Shown here: piece by piece, positions 20,383-29,604 of the stretch
Layout: each line of letters starts with the position of its first letter
How positions within the stretch are numbered: position 1 is the first letter of the stretch
Assembly (NCBI GenBank): GCA_016290615.1
Contig: JAEEUS010000002.1
Span: 40,954-104,953, forward strand
DNA length: 64,000 nucleotides
Source of the DNA: Lachnospiraceae bacterium
GTDB taxonomy: Bacteria; Bacillota; Clostridia; Lachnospirales; Lachnospiraceae
Reading direction: 5' to 3'
Notes under the pieces: generated by a model
Told to the model about the DNA's origin: nothing
Seen by the model: only the letters and a program-made list of their open reading frames with translations
The model's database searches: none
Position numbers and translations under genes: made by a program

Positions 20383-21272
20383 TGAATTCTAGTAAAACAG
20401 ACAAAATAAAAGCGATAATGTGTATACTGCTTGCTGCTTTCGGCTTTTCACTCATGACATTTTTTGTGCGTATTTCAGGAGATGTTCCGACTGTTCAGAA
20501 GGCCTTTTTCAGAAATGCATTTGCTGCAGTGATCGCTTTTTTCCCGCTTATAAAGAGCGAAGAAAAATTCCATATCAAAAAAGGATGTTTTGGAGATATA
20601 GCATTCAGATGTCTGTTTGGTACAAGCGGTCTTATATGTAATTTCTATGCAATTGACAGACTTGATATAGCAGATGCAAATATGCTGAACAAGCTCTCAC
20701 CGTTTTTTGCAATAATCCTTTCGATATTCATTCTAAAGGAAGTCCCAACCTTTATAGACATTCTTGCTACTGTTATTGCTTTCATTGGAGCTCTTTTCAT
20801 AATTCGTCCAGGTGCTGATGTGACTGTCATTCCAGCGCTTATTGGGCTTTATGGAGGATTCGGTGCAGGAACGGCATATGTATTTGTAAGAAAGCTTGGT
20901 TCAAAAGGAGAACGAACACCTATCATAGTGATGTGTTTTTCTTTGTTTTCATGTATTGTTACGTTCCCATTCCTTATATTTGACTATCATCCAATGAGTT
21001 CAAAACAATGGCTTTTTCTAATACTTGCCGGTCTTAGTGCGAGTCTTGGACAATTTAGTATCACAACAGCATATAAATATGCACCGGCAAAGGAGATTTC
21101 TGTTTTTGATTACACACAGGTGATCTTTGCGGGTCTTCTTGGCATTATTTTTCTTGGAGAAACTCCCGTACCGTTGAGCATCATTGGATATATAATCATA
21201 ATAGGAACAGCTTTTGCCAGATGGTGGCTAACTATCAGAAAAGAATCATTGACACATGCTCAACAGTTGTAA
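20379..21272 (+). CDS. DMT/EamA family transporter
   Basis: About 10 TM segments in two EamA repeats; LSPFF...FILKE, AYKYAPA. Confidence 0.9.
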   Translation: MMNSSKTDKIKAIMCILLAAFGFSLMTFFVRISGDVPTVQKAFFRNAFAAVIAFFPLIKSEEKFHIKKGCFGDIAFRCLFGTSGLICNFYAIDRLDIADANMLNKLSPFFAIILSIFILKEVPTFIDILATVIAFIGALFIIRPGADVTVIPALIGLYGGFGAGTAYVFVRKLGSKGERTPIIVMCFSLFSCIVTFPFLIFDYHPMSSKQWLFLILAGLSASLGQFSITTAYKYAPAKEISVFDYTQVIFAGLLGIIFLGETPVPLSIIGYIIIIGTAFARWWLTIRKESLTHAQQL

Positions 21273-21278
21273 TACACT
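21249..21278 (+). promoter_or_regulatory. Putative sigma-A promoter driving the riboswitch leader
   Basis: TTGACA (21249)-18 bp-TACACT (21273), overlapping the end of the DMT gene. Confidence 0.55.
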
Positions 21279-21285
21279 ACTTATA

Positions 21286-21377
21286 TAGTATTAGGGAGTA
21301 GCTTACACAAAGATGTAATATATTTCGTCAGTACGGGGTGTCCCCGGAATATATTCTAAGAAGCGAGACTTTTACTA
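21286..21377 (+). ncRNA. yybP-ykoY (Mn2+-sensing) riboswitch aptamer
   Basis: AGGGAGUAGC...UCGUCAGUAC...GCGAGACU hallmarks; stems GCUU/AAGC, UUACA/UGUAA, AAUAUAUUUC/GGAAUAUAUU, GGGG/CCCC, and UAGUA/UACUA closing P1. Confidence 0.85.
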
Positions 21378-21405
21378 CAGCTTTAGTTGTAGTAGAAGTT
21401 TTTTT
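21368..21405 (+). terminator. Riboswitch expression-platform terminator
   Basis: ACTTTTACTACAGCT-TT-AGTTGTAGTAGAAGT followed by a T-run; its 5' arm overlaps the 3' strand of aptamer P1. Confidence 0.85.
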
Positions 21406-21422
21406 ATTTGAAGGAGATAGAT

Positions 21423-22751
21423 ATGAGTTTAATAGCGACAATGATCAAAACAAAAAAAGCGAATGATTTCTCAAGGCAGAAAATTGAGAAAATACAAAAT
21501 GAAAGATTGAAGAAACTTGTCTCTTACACCAGAAAAAACAGCAAATTCTATGCTGAAAAATTTAAAGATATATGTGATGATTTTAAACTCACCGACCTTC
21601 CCGTGACTACAAAACCTGAAATGATGCGTTCATTCGATTCTGTGCTGACAGATCCTGCGATCACAATGAAAAGGATTGATGAATTCACATCCGATCTTGA
21701 TAATATAGGACGTATGATTGATGATAAGTATCTGATATTTAGGACTTCAGGATCTACCGGTAATCCCGCTATCGTATTGTATGATAAGCAAAACATTGAA
21801 GTTTCATCAGCCGTTGCTGCATTCAGAACATTTGCCAGAAATGAGGATTACAAGAGTTTTATGAAGCATGGAAAGAAAACCGCCGGAGTCTTTGCAGATT
21901 ACGGCTTCTATCTTGCCTGTGGAATGAGCAGATATCTTCAGTTTAAAACGCCAAACAAAAAATCAAAGATAACAATTGATGTAAATGGACCTGAAAAAGA
22001 GATCATAGAAAGACTTAACGAATTTAAACCTGCGATGCTAAGCGGCTATCCATCAAATCTGGCACTCCTTGCCGACTTTGACGAATTAAACATCCATCCC
22101 GATATTGTTATTACAGGTGGTGAACTTCTTACAGACAAAATCAGAGAAAAACTCACTAAAAAATTCGGATGTTACGTTCAGACTCATTACTCTTGTACAG
22201 AAGGCGGAGAGATAGCGTGTGAGTGTAAAGAAGGTCATCTTCATATAAACGAAGACTGGATTATAGTTGAACCTGTTGATAATGATTATAATCCAGTAAA
22301 CTATGGTGAGTTGTCAGATAAAGTGCTTATAACAAATCTATCAAACTATATACAGCCTTTTATAAGATACGAACTTACTGACAGAATTATTGTTCACAAT
22401 GAAAAATGCAGCTGCAATAAAAATACTATGTGGATTGAGATAGAAGGTAGGACAGACGATATATTTGAATTTGAAAACGGTGTTAAGATCGCACCTATGT
22501 CACTTTATAAGATATTGGAAGAAATAAAATCGATAAAAAGATTTCAAATGGTACAGACTTCTCCAAAATCTCTTGAATTAAGACTCATAGCAGATGACAA
22601 AGCATCTTCGTTTTTGAAAGCAAAAAAGAACATTGAATCATTCTTTGATTCAAAGGACATTAAAGATGTATTCATTTACCTTTCAGATGATGATCCGAAG
22701 GCAAATGAGATCAGCGGTAAATTCAAGCATTTTTACAGGGATTTTACTTGA
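21423..22751 (+). CDS. Phenylacetate-CoA ligase-like (PaaK/CapK-type) adenylate-forming enzyme
   Basis: LPVTTK, RTSGSTGNP (A3 loop), GYPS, TGGE, YSCTEGG, PFIRYELTD, IEGRTDD; RBS AAGGAG before ATG 21423. Confidence 0.85.
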   Translation: MSLIATMIKTKKANDFSRQKIEKIQNERLKKLVSYTRKNSKFYAEKFKDICDDFKLTDLPVTTKPEMMRSFDSVLTDPAITMKRIDEFTSDLDNIGRMIDDKYLIFRTSGSTGNPAIVLYDKQNIEVSSAVAAFRTFARNEDYKSFMKHGKKTAGVFADYGFYLACGMSRYLQFKTPNKKSKITIDVNGPEKEIIERLNEFKPAMLSGYPSNLALLADFDELNIHPDIVITGGELLTDKIREKLTKKFGCYVQTHYSCTEGGEIACECKEGHLHINEDWIIVEPVDNDYNPVNYGELSDKVLITNLSNYIQPFIRYELTDRIIVHNEKCSCNKNTMWIEIEGRTDDIFEFENGVKIAPMSLYKILEEIKSIKRFQMVQTSPKSLELRLIADDKASSFLKAKKNIESFFDSKDIKDVFIYLSDDDPKANEISGKFKHFYRDFT

Positions 22752-22756
22752 TGCGT

Positions 22757-22802
22757 GTGTCAAGAAAAAATACTTGACACTTTTTAGCTTTAATAGTAAT
22801 AT
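22757..22802 (+). promoter_or_regulatory. ylxM-ffh promoter with overlapping inverted repeat
   Basis: GTGTCAAG-N8-CTTGACAC palindrome containing -35 TTGACA (22774), then 17 bp and TAATAT (22797). Confidence 0.7.
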
Positions 22803-22810
22803 AGCAAGGT

Positions 22811-23125
22811 ATGGAAAAGATCGTTAAACAAGGTTTGTTATATGATTTTTACGGAGCACTTTTAAACGACCATCAAAGATCAATCTATGAATCGGTCGTA
22901 TATGACAATATGTCATTGTCGGAGATTGCTTCGGAACACGGAATATCAAGGCAGGGAGTCCATGATCTTATAAAAAGATGTGACAAGAGTCTTGAGGAAT
23001 ATGAGAATAAGCTTCATCTTGTTGAAAGATTCATGGCAATAAAAGATGAAGTAGAGACTATAGAAGCAAAAGCCGAAAGCGCTGAGATAAAAGCAATTGC
23101 GGCAAAGATTTTGGAACAGCTGTAA
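22811..23125 (+). CDS. ylxM: YlxM family DNA-binding protein (UPF0122)
   Basis: LLYDFYGALL...SLSEIA...ISRQGVHDLIKR; precedes ffh. Confidence 0.95.
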   Translation: MEKIVKQGLLYDFYGALLNDHQRSIYESVVYDNMSLSEIASEHGISRQGVHDLIKRCDKSLEEYENKLHLVERFMAIKDEVETIEAKAESAEIKAIAAKILEQL

Positions 23126-23128
23126 TAT

Positions 23129-24511
23129 ATGGCATTTGAAAGTTTAACTGATAAATTACAAAATGTATTTAAGAATTTGAAGAGCAAGGGACGGCTTACT
23201 GAAGAAGACGTTCATATAGCATGTAAAGACGTTAAGATGGCTCTTCTTGAGGCTGATGTAAACTTCAGAGTTGTAAAGAAGTTTATTAAAACAGTTGAAG
23301 AGAGAGCAATCGGTCAGGATGTAATGAACGGACTCAACCCTGGTCAGATGGTCATCAAGATAGTCAATGAAGAAATGACTTCATTGATGGGTGATGAAAC
23401 AACTGATATTGAGTTTCAGCCCGGTAAAGCAATCACTGTAATCATGATGTGTGGTCTTCAGGGTGCAGGTAAGACTACTACGACCGCTAAACTTGCTGGA
23501 AAATTTCTTAAAAAGGGCAAAAAGCCACTTCTTGTCGCCTGTGACGTTTACAGACCTGCAGCAATTAAACAGTTGCAGGTAAACGGTGAAAAAGTCGGTG
23601 TTGAAGTATTTACAATGGGTGACAATCATTCACCTGTAGATATTGCCAAAGCCGCTATAGAACATGCACAGAAGAATGGACACAATGTAGTAATTCTAGA
23701 TACAGCCGGACGTCTTCATGTAGATGAAGAAATGATGGCTGAACTTCAGAATATAAAAAAGAATGTTGAAGTACACCAGTCAATACTTGTTGTCGATGCA
23801 ATGACCGGTCAGGATGCAGTAAATGTTGCATCTGAATTCAAAGAGAAGATCGGAATCGATGGAGTAATCTTAAGTAAGATGGATGGTGATACGAGAGGCG
23901 GTGCCGCACTTTCAGTAAAAGCTGTCACCGAACTTCCGATACTGTATGTCGGTATGGGGGAAAAGCTTGCCGATCTAGAGCAGTTTTATCCTGACAGGAT
24001 GGCAAACAGAATCCTTGGCATGGGAGATGTACTCTCACTCATAGAGAAAGCTGAGCAGAGTATTGATATTTCCGAAGAAAAATCTCGTGACATGGCTGCT
24101 CGTATGAAGAAAGGTAAATTCGATTTTAATGATTACCTTGAAAGTATGAAGCAGATGCGTAACATGGGTGGTCTTGCAAGTATCCTCGGAATGATGCCTG
24201 GACTTGGTGTAAATGCCGCAGATATCGAGAATAGTGTTAATGAAAAGGAACTTGCCAGAACTGAAGCTATCATCTTCAGTATGACACCTAAGGAAAGAGA
24301 AAATCCAAAGCTTCTCAACCCCAGCAGAAAGCACAGAATAGCCAAAGGAGCCGGTGTTGATATAGCTGTTGTAAATAGATTTATCAAACAGTTTGAACAG
24401 AGTCAGAAAGCAATGAAGCAAATGCAGGGCATGATGGGCAAAAAAGGCATGAGAGGCCTTGGCGGATTTGGCGGACTTGGTGGATTCGGGAAAAAAGGAT
24501 TTCCATTTTAG
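23129..24511 (+). CDS. ffh: Signal recognition particle protein
   Basis: GLQGAGKTTT, DVYRPAA, DTAGR, RILGMGD, Met-rich M domain. Confidence 0.98.
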   Translation: MAFESLTDKLQNVFKNLKSKGRLTEEDVHIACKDVKMALLEADVNFRVVKKFIKTVEERAIGQDVMNGLNPGQMVIKIVNEEMTSLMGDETTDIEFQPGKAITVIMMCGLQGAGKTTTTAKLAGKFLKKGKKPLLVACDVYRPAAIKQLQVNGEKVGVEVFTMGDNHSPVDIAKAAIEHAQKNGHNVVILDTAGRLHVDEEMMAELQNIKKNVEVHQSILVVDAMTGQDAVNVASEFKEKIGIDGVILSKMDGDTRGGAALSVKAVTELPILYVGMGEKLADLEQFYPDRMANRILGMGDVLSLIEKAEQSIDISEEKSRDMAARMKKGKFDFNDYLESMKQMRNMGGLASILGMMPGLGVNAADIENSVNEKELARTEAIIFSMTPKERENPKLLNPSRKHRIAKGAGVDIAVVNRFIKQFEQSQKAMKQMQGMMGKKGMRGLGGFGGLGGFGKKGFPF

Positions 24512-24578
24512 AGTACAAACCATACCTGGTTTAGTATAGATTATTAATATTTTTTTATATCAGAAAGGAAAAATTACC

Positions 24579-24824
24579 ATGGCAGTTAAGATGAGATTAA
24601 CAAGAATCGGTGAGAAGAGAAACGCAATATACAGAGTTGTTGTTTCTGATTCAAGAAGCCCCAGAGACGGAAAGTTCATTGAGGAAGTTGGAACATACAA
24701 CCCCAATACAGATCCCTCAACTATCAAGTTTGATGAGGAGAAGGCAAAGAAGTGGCTCGCTAACGGCGCAAAGCCTACAGAAGTTGTTGCTAAGTTGCTC
24801 AAGGTTGCAGGAATAGAGAAATAA
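24579..24824 (+). CDS. rpsP: 30S ribosomal protein S16
   Basis: MAVKMRLTR...[19 protein letters not shown]. Confidence 0.98.
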   Translation: MAVKMRLTRIGEKRNAIYRVVVSDSRSPRDGKFIEEVGTYNPNTDPSTIKFDEEKAKKWLANGAKPTEVVAKLLKVAGIEK

Positions 24825-24846
24825 GTAACACTTTTGGAGGTGGGTT

Positions 24847-25074
24847 ATGAGAGAATTGGTTGAAGTCATCGCTAAGAATCTTGTTGATAACCCGGATGAA
24901 GTTGTTGTAACAGAAGAGGGCAATGGTAGAAATATAACCATTAAGCTTCATGTTGCGCAGTCAGACATGGGAAAAGTTATTGGTAAGCAGGGACGTATAG
25001 CTAAAGCTATCAGGGCCGTTGTAAAGGCAGCCAGCTCCAATGATAACAAGAGAGTGGATGTAGAAATCGTCTAA
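24847..25074 (+). CDS. khpA: KH-domain RNA-binding protein KhpA (YlqC)
   Basis: DMGKVIGKQGRIAKAIR; located between rpsP and rimM. Confidence 0.95.
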   Translation: MRELVEVIAKNLVDNPDEVVVTEEGNGRNITIKLHVAQSDMGKVIGKQGRIAKAIRAVVKAASSNDNKRVDVEIV

Positions 25075-25080
25075 GAGATC

Positions 25081-25106
25081 GAGCACAGCTTTTATGCTGT
25101 GCTCTT
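25081..25106 (+). terminator. Hairpin after khpA (weak terminator or stabiliser)
   Basis: GAGCACAGC-loop-GCTGTGCTC with only a short T tail. Confidence 0.55.
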
Positions 25107-25127
25107 ATAGTAAATAAGAGAAAACAT

Positions 25128-25640
25128 ATGGAAGAGTTTTTACAGGTTGGAGTTATCAGTTCAACACACGGAGTAAGGGGAGAAGTAAAAGTATTCCCCA
25201 CCACAGATGATGTAAAAAGGTTTAGCAAATTAAAAGAAGTTCTTCTGGGTGCCGTATATGATGCACCTCTTCTTCATATTGAAGGTGTTAAATATCAGAA
25301 GAACATGGTTATTTTAAAATTCAAGGAATACAGTACTCTCAATGATGTTGAGAAACTTAAAGGTCAGCAGCTGTTTGTTACCAGAAAGAATGCCGTCAAG
25401 CTGTCTAAGGATGAGTATTTTGTTGCAGATCTTATAGGTATGAGAGTTATTGACGAGGATAAGAATATTTGCGGAACATTGAAGGATGTAATGCAGACAG
25501 GGGCTAATGATGTTTATATTATAGATCTTGATGATAACAGAGAACTATTGTTGCCTGCAATCAAAGACTGCATTCTAAATCTGGATTTTGACAAAGGTAT
25601 AATAAAGATACATATTCTTGACGGATTATTGGAAGGATAA
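25128..25640 (+). CDS. rimM: Ribosome maturation factor RimM
   Basis: STHGVRGEVKV, QTGANDVY, LLPAI. Confidence 0.96.
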   Translation: MEEFLQVGVISSTHGVRGEVKVFPTTDDVKRFSKLKEVLLGAVYDAPLLHIEGVKYQKNMVILKFKEYSTLNDVEKLKGQQLFVTRKNAVKLSKDEYFVADLIGMRVIDEDKNICGTLKDVMQTGANDVYIIDLDDNRELLLPAIKDCILNLDFDKGIIKIHILDGLLEG

Positions 25641-25642
25641 AC

Positions 25643-26353
25643 ATGAATTTTCACGTCATGACACTATTCCCAGAAATGATAGAATCAGCTGTTAACTGCA
25701 GTATTTTGGGGAAAGCAATTGAACGCAATATAATAAGTGTAAGCGCCGTAAATATTCGTGATTACACGTTAGACAAACATAAGAAGGTTGACGATTATAC
25801 ATATGGAGGCGGAGCTGGTATGCTTATGGCTCCACAACCTATATATGACTGTCATAAAGCAATCACTGAAAGAATTTCAGGCGAGAAAAAGATAAGAACT
25901 GTATATGTGACTCCTCAGGGCCGGGTTTTTGACCAGAATCTTGCAAAAGAACTATCAGCTGAAGAGGATATAATCTTTTTATGCGGTCATTATGAAGGGA
26001 TTGACGAAAGAGTTCTTGAAGAAGTAGTCACTGATTATGTATCTATTGGTGATTATGTACTCACTGGCGGTGAATTGCCTGCTCTTGTGATGATGGACTG
26101 TATATCACGTCTCATTCCCGGAGTATTGAGCAATGAAGAATCCGCTCAGACCGAATCATTTGACGACGGTTTACTTGAGTATCCTCAGTATACACGTCCG
26201 GAAGTATGGATGGATAAAAGAGTCCCCGATGTACTTCTGTCTGGTCATCACGCTAATATTGAAAAATGGCGTCATGATATGTCTTTAGAAAGAACAAAAC
26301 AAAGAAGACCGGATCTTTATGAAATATATGCATATAAAAATAGGAAAGACTGA
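25643..26353 (+). CDS. trmD: tRNA (guanine-N1)-methyltransferase
   Basis: YGGGAGML, CGHYEGIDER, SIGDYVLTGGE, EYPQYTRP. Confidence 0.98.
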   Translation: MNFHVMTLFPEMIESAVNCSILGKAIERNIISVSAVNIRDYTLDKHKKVDDYTYGGGAGMLMAPQPIYDCHKAITERISGEKKIRTVYVTPQGRVFDQNLAKELSAEEDIIFLCGHYEGIDERVLEEVVTDYVSIGDYVLTGGELPALVMMDCISRLIPGVLSNEESAQTESFDDGLLEYPQYTRPEVWMDKRVPDVLLSGHHANIEKWRHDMSLERTKQRRPDLYEIYAYKNRKD

Positions 26354-26370
26354 TAAAACGCAAAAAACAC

Positions 26371-26399
26371 TTGCATTATGTAAAATATTATGGTATTCT
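26371..26399 (+). promoter_or_regulatory. Sigma-A promoter of rplS
   Basis: TTGCAT-17 bp-TATTCT with TGn extension. Confidence 0.65.
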
Positions 26400-26414
26400 A
26401 CCATAGTCGCGAAA

Positions 26415-26456
26415 ATAGATGGTCCGCTGATACTATAGGTATATAAGAACATCCAT
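26415..26456 (+). ncRNA. Ribosomal protein L19 leader
   Basis: GATGGTCCGCTG...AAGAACATC stem with internal ATAC/GTAT hairpin in the rplS 5' UTR; resembles the Firmicute L19 leader. Confidence 0.6.
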
Positions 26457-26475
26457 ATAATAAGGAGATGCAGAT

Positions 26476-26823
26476 ATGAACGAAATTATCAAAGCTATTG
26501 AAGACGAGCAGCTGAAAGCTGAAGTACCGGCTTTTGAAGTTGGTGACACAGTAAGAGTTCACGGTAAGATTAAGGAAGGTAACAGAGAGCGTATTCAGGT
26601 TTTTGAAGGAACTGTTATCAAGATGCAGGGTGGTTCTAACAGAGCTACATTTACCGTACGTAAAAATTCTAACGGTGTAGGCGTAGAAAAGACATGGCCT
26701 ATCCACTCACCTAACGTTGAGAAGGTTGAGGTTGTTAGACACGGTAAGGTTAGACGTGCTAAGCTCTTCTACTTAAGAGACAGAATCGGTAAGTCAGCTA
26801 AGGTTAAAGAAGTACTTAGATAA
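26476..26823 (+). CDS. rplS: 50S ribosomal protein L19
   Basis: [33 protein letters not shown]. Confidence 0.98.
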   Translation: MNEIIKAIEDEQLKAEVPAFEVGDTVRVHGKIKEGNRERIQVFEGTVIKMQGGSNRATFTVRKNSNGVGVEKTWPIHSPNVEKVEVVRHGKVRRAKLFYLRDRIGKSAKVKEVLR

Positions 26824-26836
26824 ATTCGATTATCGG

Positions 26837-26864
26837 AAAGGGTCATGGTACATGACCCTTTTTT
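26837..26864 (+). terminator. Terminator after rplS
   Basis: AAAGGGTCATG-GTA-CATGACCCTTT followed by T's. Confidence 0.9.
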
Positions 26865-26918
26865 CTTTTATAAAAAACGTATATACTTAGATTGAATATA
26901 CAATAATGGTGGGAAGTC

Positions 26919-27503
26919 ATGTCTGTAAAAAAAGGCCTGAATTTTGCAAAAAAAAGAAGAAAAGTATCATCAGATGTAGCCAGGGAGTTTATCAATTATA
27001 TAATTGGAATATTCGTGGCTGTTGTTCTTGCTTTCTTTATAACTTATAACTGGGGAATAAAGACAACGGTTATAGGTGTATCCATGGAGAATACTCTCTA
27101 CAGCGGACAGACTGTTTTAATAAGTCGGCTTTCATATCTTTTGCTTAATCCACATCCGGGAGATGTGATAGTCTTTAAGCCAAACGGGAATCAAAATACT
27201 CATTATTATGTCAAAAGAGTTGTTGCAGTACCGGGCGACACCGTAGAATTTAGAGACGGAAGGCTCTATGTGAACGGGAAACAGGAAAGCGGCGGATATG
27301 ATAAAGTTGCAGACCCGGGCATAGCCGAATCGCCTATCGTTTTAGGAAACGATGAATTCTTCGTTTTAGGTGATAACAGAAATAACAGTGAAGATTCAAG
27401 ATCAGGAAATATCGGACCTGTAAAAAAGGAGCTTATTGAAGGCAGAGCTTGGTTCAAACTGACTATGAATGATTCCTATATGGGATTCATTGACAGGGAA
27501 TAG
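26919..27503 (+). CDS. lepB: Signal peptidase I (copy 1)
   Basis: TM anchor; GVSMENTL (Ser), YVKRVV (Lys), GDNRNNSEDSR. Confidence 0.93.
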   Translation: MSVKKGLNFAKKRRKVSSDVAREFINYIIGIFVAVVLAFFITYNWGIKTTVIGVSMENTLYSGQTVLISRLSYLLLNPHPGDVIVFKPNGNQNTHYYVKRVVAVPGDTVEFRDGRLYVNGKQESGGYDKVADPGIAESPIVLGNDEFFVLGDNRNNSEDSRSGNIGPVKKELIEGRAWFKLTMNDSYMGFIDRE

Positions 27504-27510
27504 GATTAAT

Positions 27511-28377
27511 ATGGGTAATGAACAGATAATCAACTGGTATCCGGGGCATATGACAAAAGCAAAACGTCAGATGCAGGAAGATATAAAGCTTATCGATCTT
27601 GTAATAGAGATTGTAGATGCTCGCGTACCAATTTCAAGTCGAAATCCGGATATAGATGAACTTGGTAAGAATAAGTCAAGAATAGTATTATTAAACAAAG
27701 CTGATCTTGCAGATCAAAATGTAAATCAGGCATGGACTACTTATTTTGAATCCAGGGGAATAATATGTTTGGAAATTGATTCAAGAAACAGGGCAGGTTT
27801 TAACAAGATACAGAATATGGTGACTGTTGCCTGCAAAGAAAAGATTGAACGAGACCGAAAAAGAGGTATATTAAATCGTCCCGTACGAGCAATGGTTGTC
27901 GGAATACCTAATGTCGGGAAATCAACATTTATTAACTCTTATGCCGGAAAGGCTTGCGCTAAAACAGGAAACAAACCAGGAGTAACCAAAGGAAAGCAAT
28001 GGATAAAGCTCAACAAGCAACTTGAATTGCTCGATACTCCCGGTATATTATGGCCCAAATTCGATGATCCTCAGACAGGCCTTAAATTAGCTTACATAGG
28101 TTCGATAAATGACAATATTCTTGTTATGGAAGAGCTTGCTGACAATTTTGTAAAACATATATCAAAATCTTACCCTAATGCAATAAAAATATCGTATAAT
28201 ATTGAAGGTGAGTTTGAAAATAATCATAGACTTATCGAACAGATCGCACTAAAAAGAGGATGCCTTTTAAAAGCGGGAGAACCTGATATAACAAAAGCAT
28301 CACGTCTTCTTCTGGATGACTTCAGAGCGGGTAAGCTTGGACGAATATCGCTTGAGGGACCAGATGATATAAACTAA
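27511..28377 (+). CDS. rbgA: Ribosome biogenesis GTPase RbgA/YlqF
   Basis: [37 protein letters not shown]. Confidence 0.96.
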   Translation: MGNEQIINWYPGHMTKAKRQMQEDIKLIDLVIEIVDARVPISSRNPDIDELGKNKSRIVLLNKADLADQNVNQAWTTYFESRGIICLEIDSRNRAGFNKIQNMVTVACKEKIERDRKRGILNRPVRAMVVGIPNVGKSTFINSYAGKACAKTGNKPGVTKGKQWIKLNKQLELLDTPGILWPKFDDPQTGLKLAYIGSINDNILVMEELADNFVKHISKSYPNAIKISYNIEGEFENNHRLIEQIALKRGCLLKAGEPDITKASRLLLDDFRAGKLGRISLEGPDDIN

Positions 28378-28391
28378 CGAGGAGTTTCATT

Positions 28392-28937
28392 ATGAACAAA
28401 AAAGAAATACTTAAAGAGATATTGAGTACAAGTCTATATCTTTTAGGGGTATTATTGGTTACCTTTGTACTTGTTAAATTTGTAGTACAAAGAACGGAGA
28501 TCTTAAGCGGTTCAATGGAACCGACGCTTTATAAAGGTGAAAGTTATCTTGTAGATAAAATAAGTTACAGATTTAAAGATCCCGAAAGATACGATATCAT
28601 CACATTTAAATATAAATATGCCGAAAAGACATACTATGTCAAAAGGATAATAGGTCTTCCGGGTGATACAGTTTATATTGATGAATACGGGACTATCTTT
28701 ATTAATGATGAAGTTCTTGTTGAGCATTACGGAAATGAAACTATTGAAAATCCAGGACTTGCTGCCGATCCGATAAAACTCGGTGATGATGAATACTTCG
28801 TTATGGGTGATAACAGAAATGACAGCCAGGATTCCAGATATCCCAATGTCGGAGCCGTGAAGAGAGAACAGATACTCGGGAAGCTATGGGTTCAGATCTG
28901 GCCACTTAACAGATTGCGTTTAATGAAAGACAAATAG
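28392..28937 (+). CDS. lepB: Signal peptidase I (copy 2)
   Basis: SGSMEPTL, YVKRIIGLPGD, GDNRNDSQDSR. Confidence 0.93.
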   Translation: MNKKEILKEILSTSLYLLGVLLVTFVLVKFVVQRTEILSGSMEPTLYKGESYLVDKISYRFKDPERYDIITFKYKYAEKTYYVKRIIGLPGDTVYIDEYGTIFINDEVLVEHYGNETIENPGLAADPIKLGDDEYFVMGDNRNDSQDSRYPNVGAVKREQILGKLWVQIWPLNRLRLMKDK

Positions 28938-29594
28938 ATGACAAAAGCTGAAGAAAAAGAATTAAAGAAACAGGAAAAACTGCAAAAAGAGATTGCCAGA
29001 TGTGAAGAACTCAAAAGATATGAGAGAGAATACGAATCATTTGGATATATATGCGGAATCGATGAAGTCGGAAGAGGACCACTAGCAGGTCCTGTCGTTG
29101 CAGGAGCTGTTATACTTCCTAAGGACTGCGATATCCTATATATAAATGATTCAAAAAAGCTTTCAGAAAAAAGGAGAGAAGAGCTTTATGATATTATCAT
29201 GGAAAAAGCTGTTGCTGTTGGTATAGGCTATTCTTCACATATTCGTATAGATGAAATAAATATCCTTCAGGCCACCTATGAAGCCATGAGTGAAGCTATC
29301 AGTAAATTGAGCGTAAAACCCGATATATTATTAAATGATGCAGTTACAATTCCTGAAGTAGACATCAAACAGGTTCCAATAATAAAAGGTGATGCGAAAT
29401 CATTATCCATTGGTGCTGCAAGTATTATCGCTAAGGTTACAAGAGACAGGCTGATGATAGAATACGACAAAGAGTATCCGGGATATGGTTTTGCTTCCAA
29501 TAAAGGATATGGCTCAGCCGCTCATATTGCCGCAATAAAAGAAATCGGTCCCTGTGAAATACATAGACGCAGTTTTATCAAGAATTTCGTATAG
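28938..29594 (+). CDS. rnhB: Ribonuclease HII
   Basis: GIDEVGRGPLAGPV, INDSKKL, KGDAKS, AKVTRD. Confidence 0.97.
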   Translation: MTKAEEKELKKQEKLQKEIARCEELKRYEREYESFGYICGIDEVGRGPLAGPVVAGAVILPKDCDILYINDSKKLSEKRREELYDIIMEKAVAVGIGYSSHIRIDEINILQATYEAMSEAISKLSVKPDILLNDAVTIPEVDIKQVPIIKGDAKSLSIGAASIIAKVTRDRLMIEYDKEYPGYGFASNKGYGSAAHIAAIKEIGPCEIHRRSFIKNFV

Positions 29595-29604
29595 ATGAGG
29601 TCAT

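Noticed and set aside
24455-24495. GGCGGA/GGTGGA repeats at the end of ffh
   Set aside because: They encode the ordinary Gly/Phe-rich Ffh tail.
26919-28937. Two lepB copies as a recent duplication
   Set aside because: The proteins are clearly divergent, and multiple signal peptidases near rplS-rbgA are common in Clostridia.
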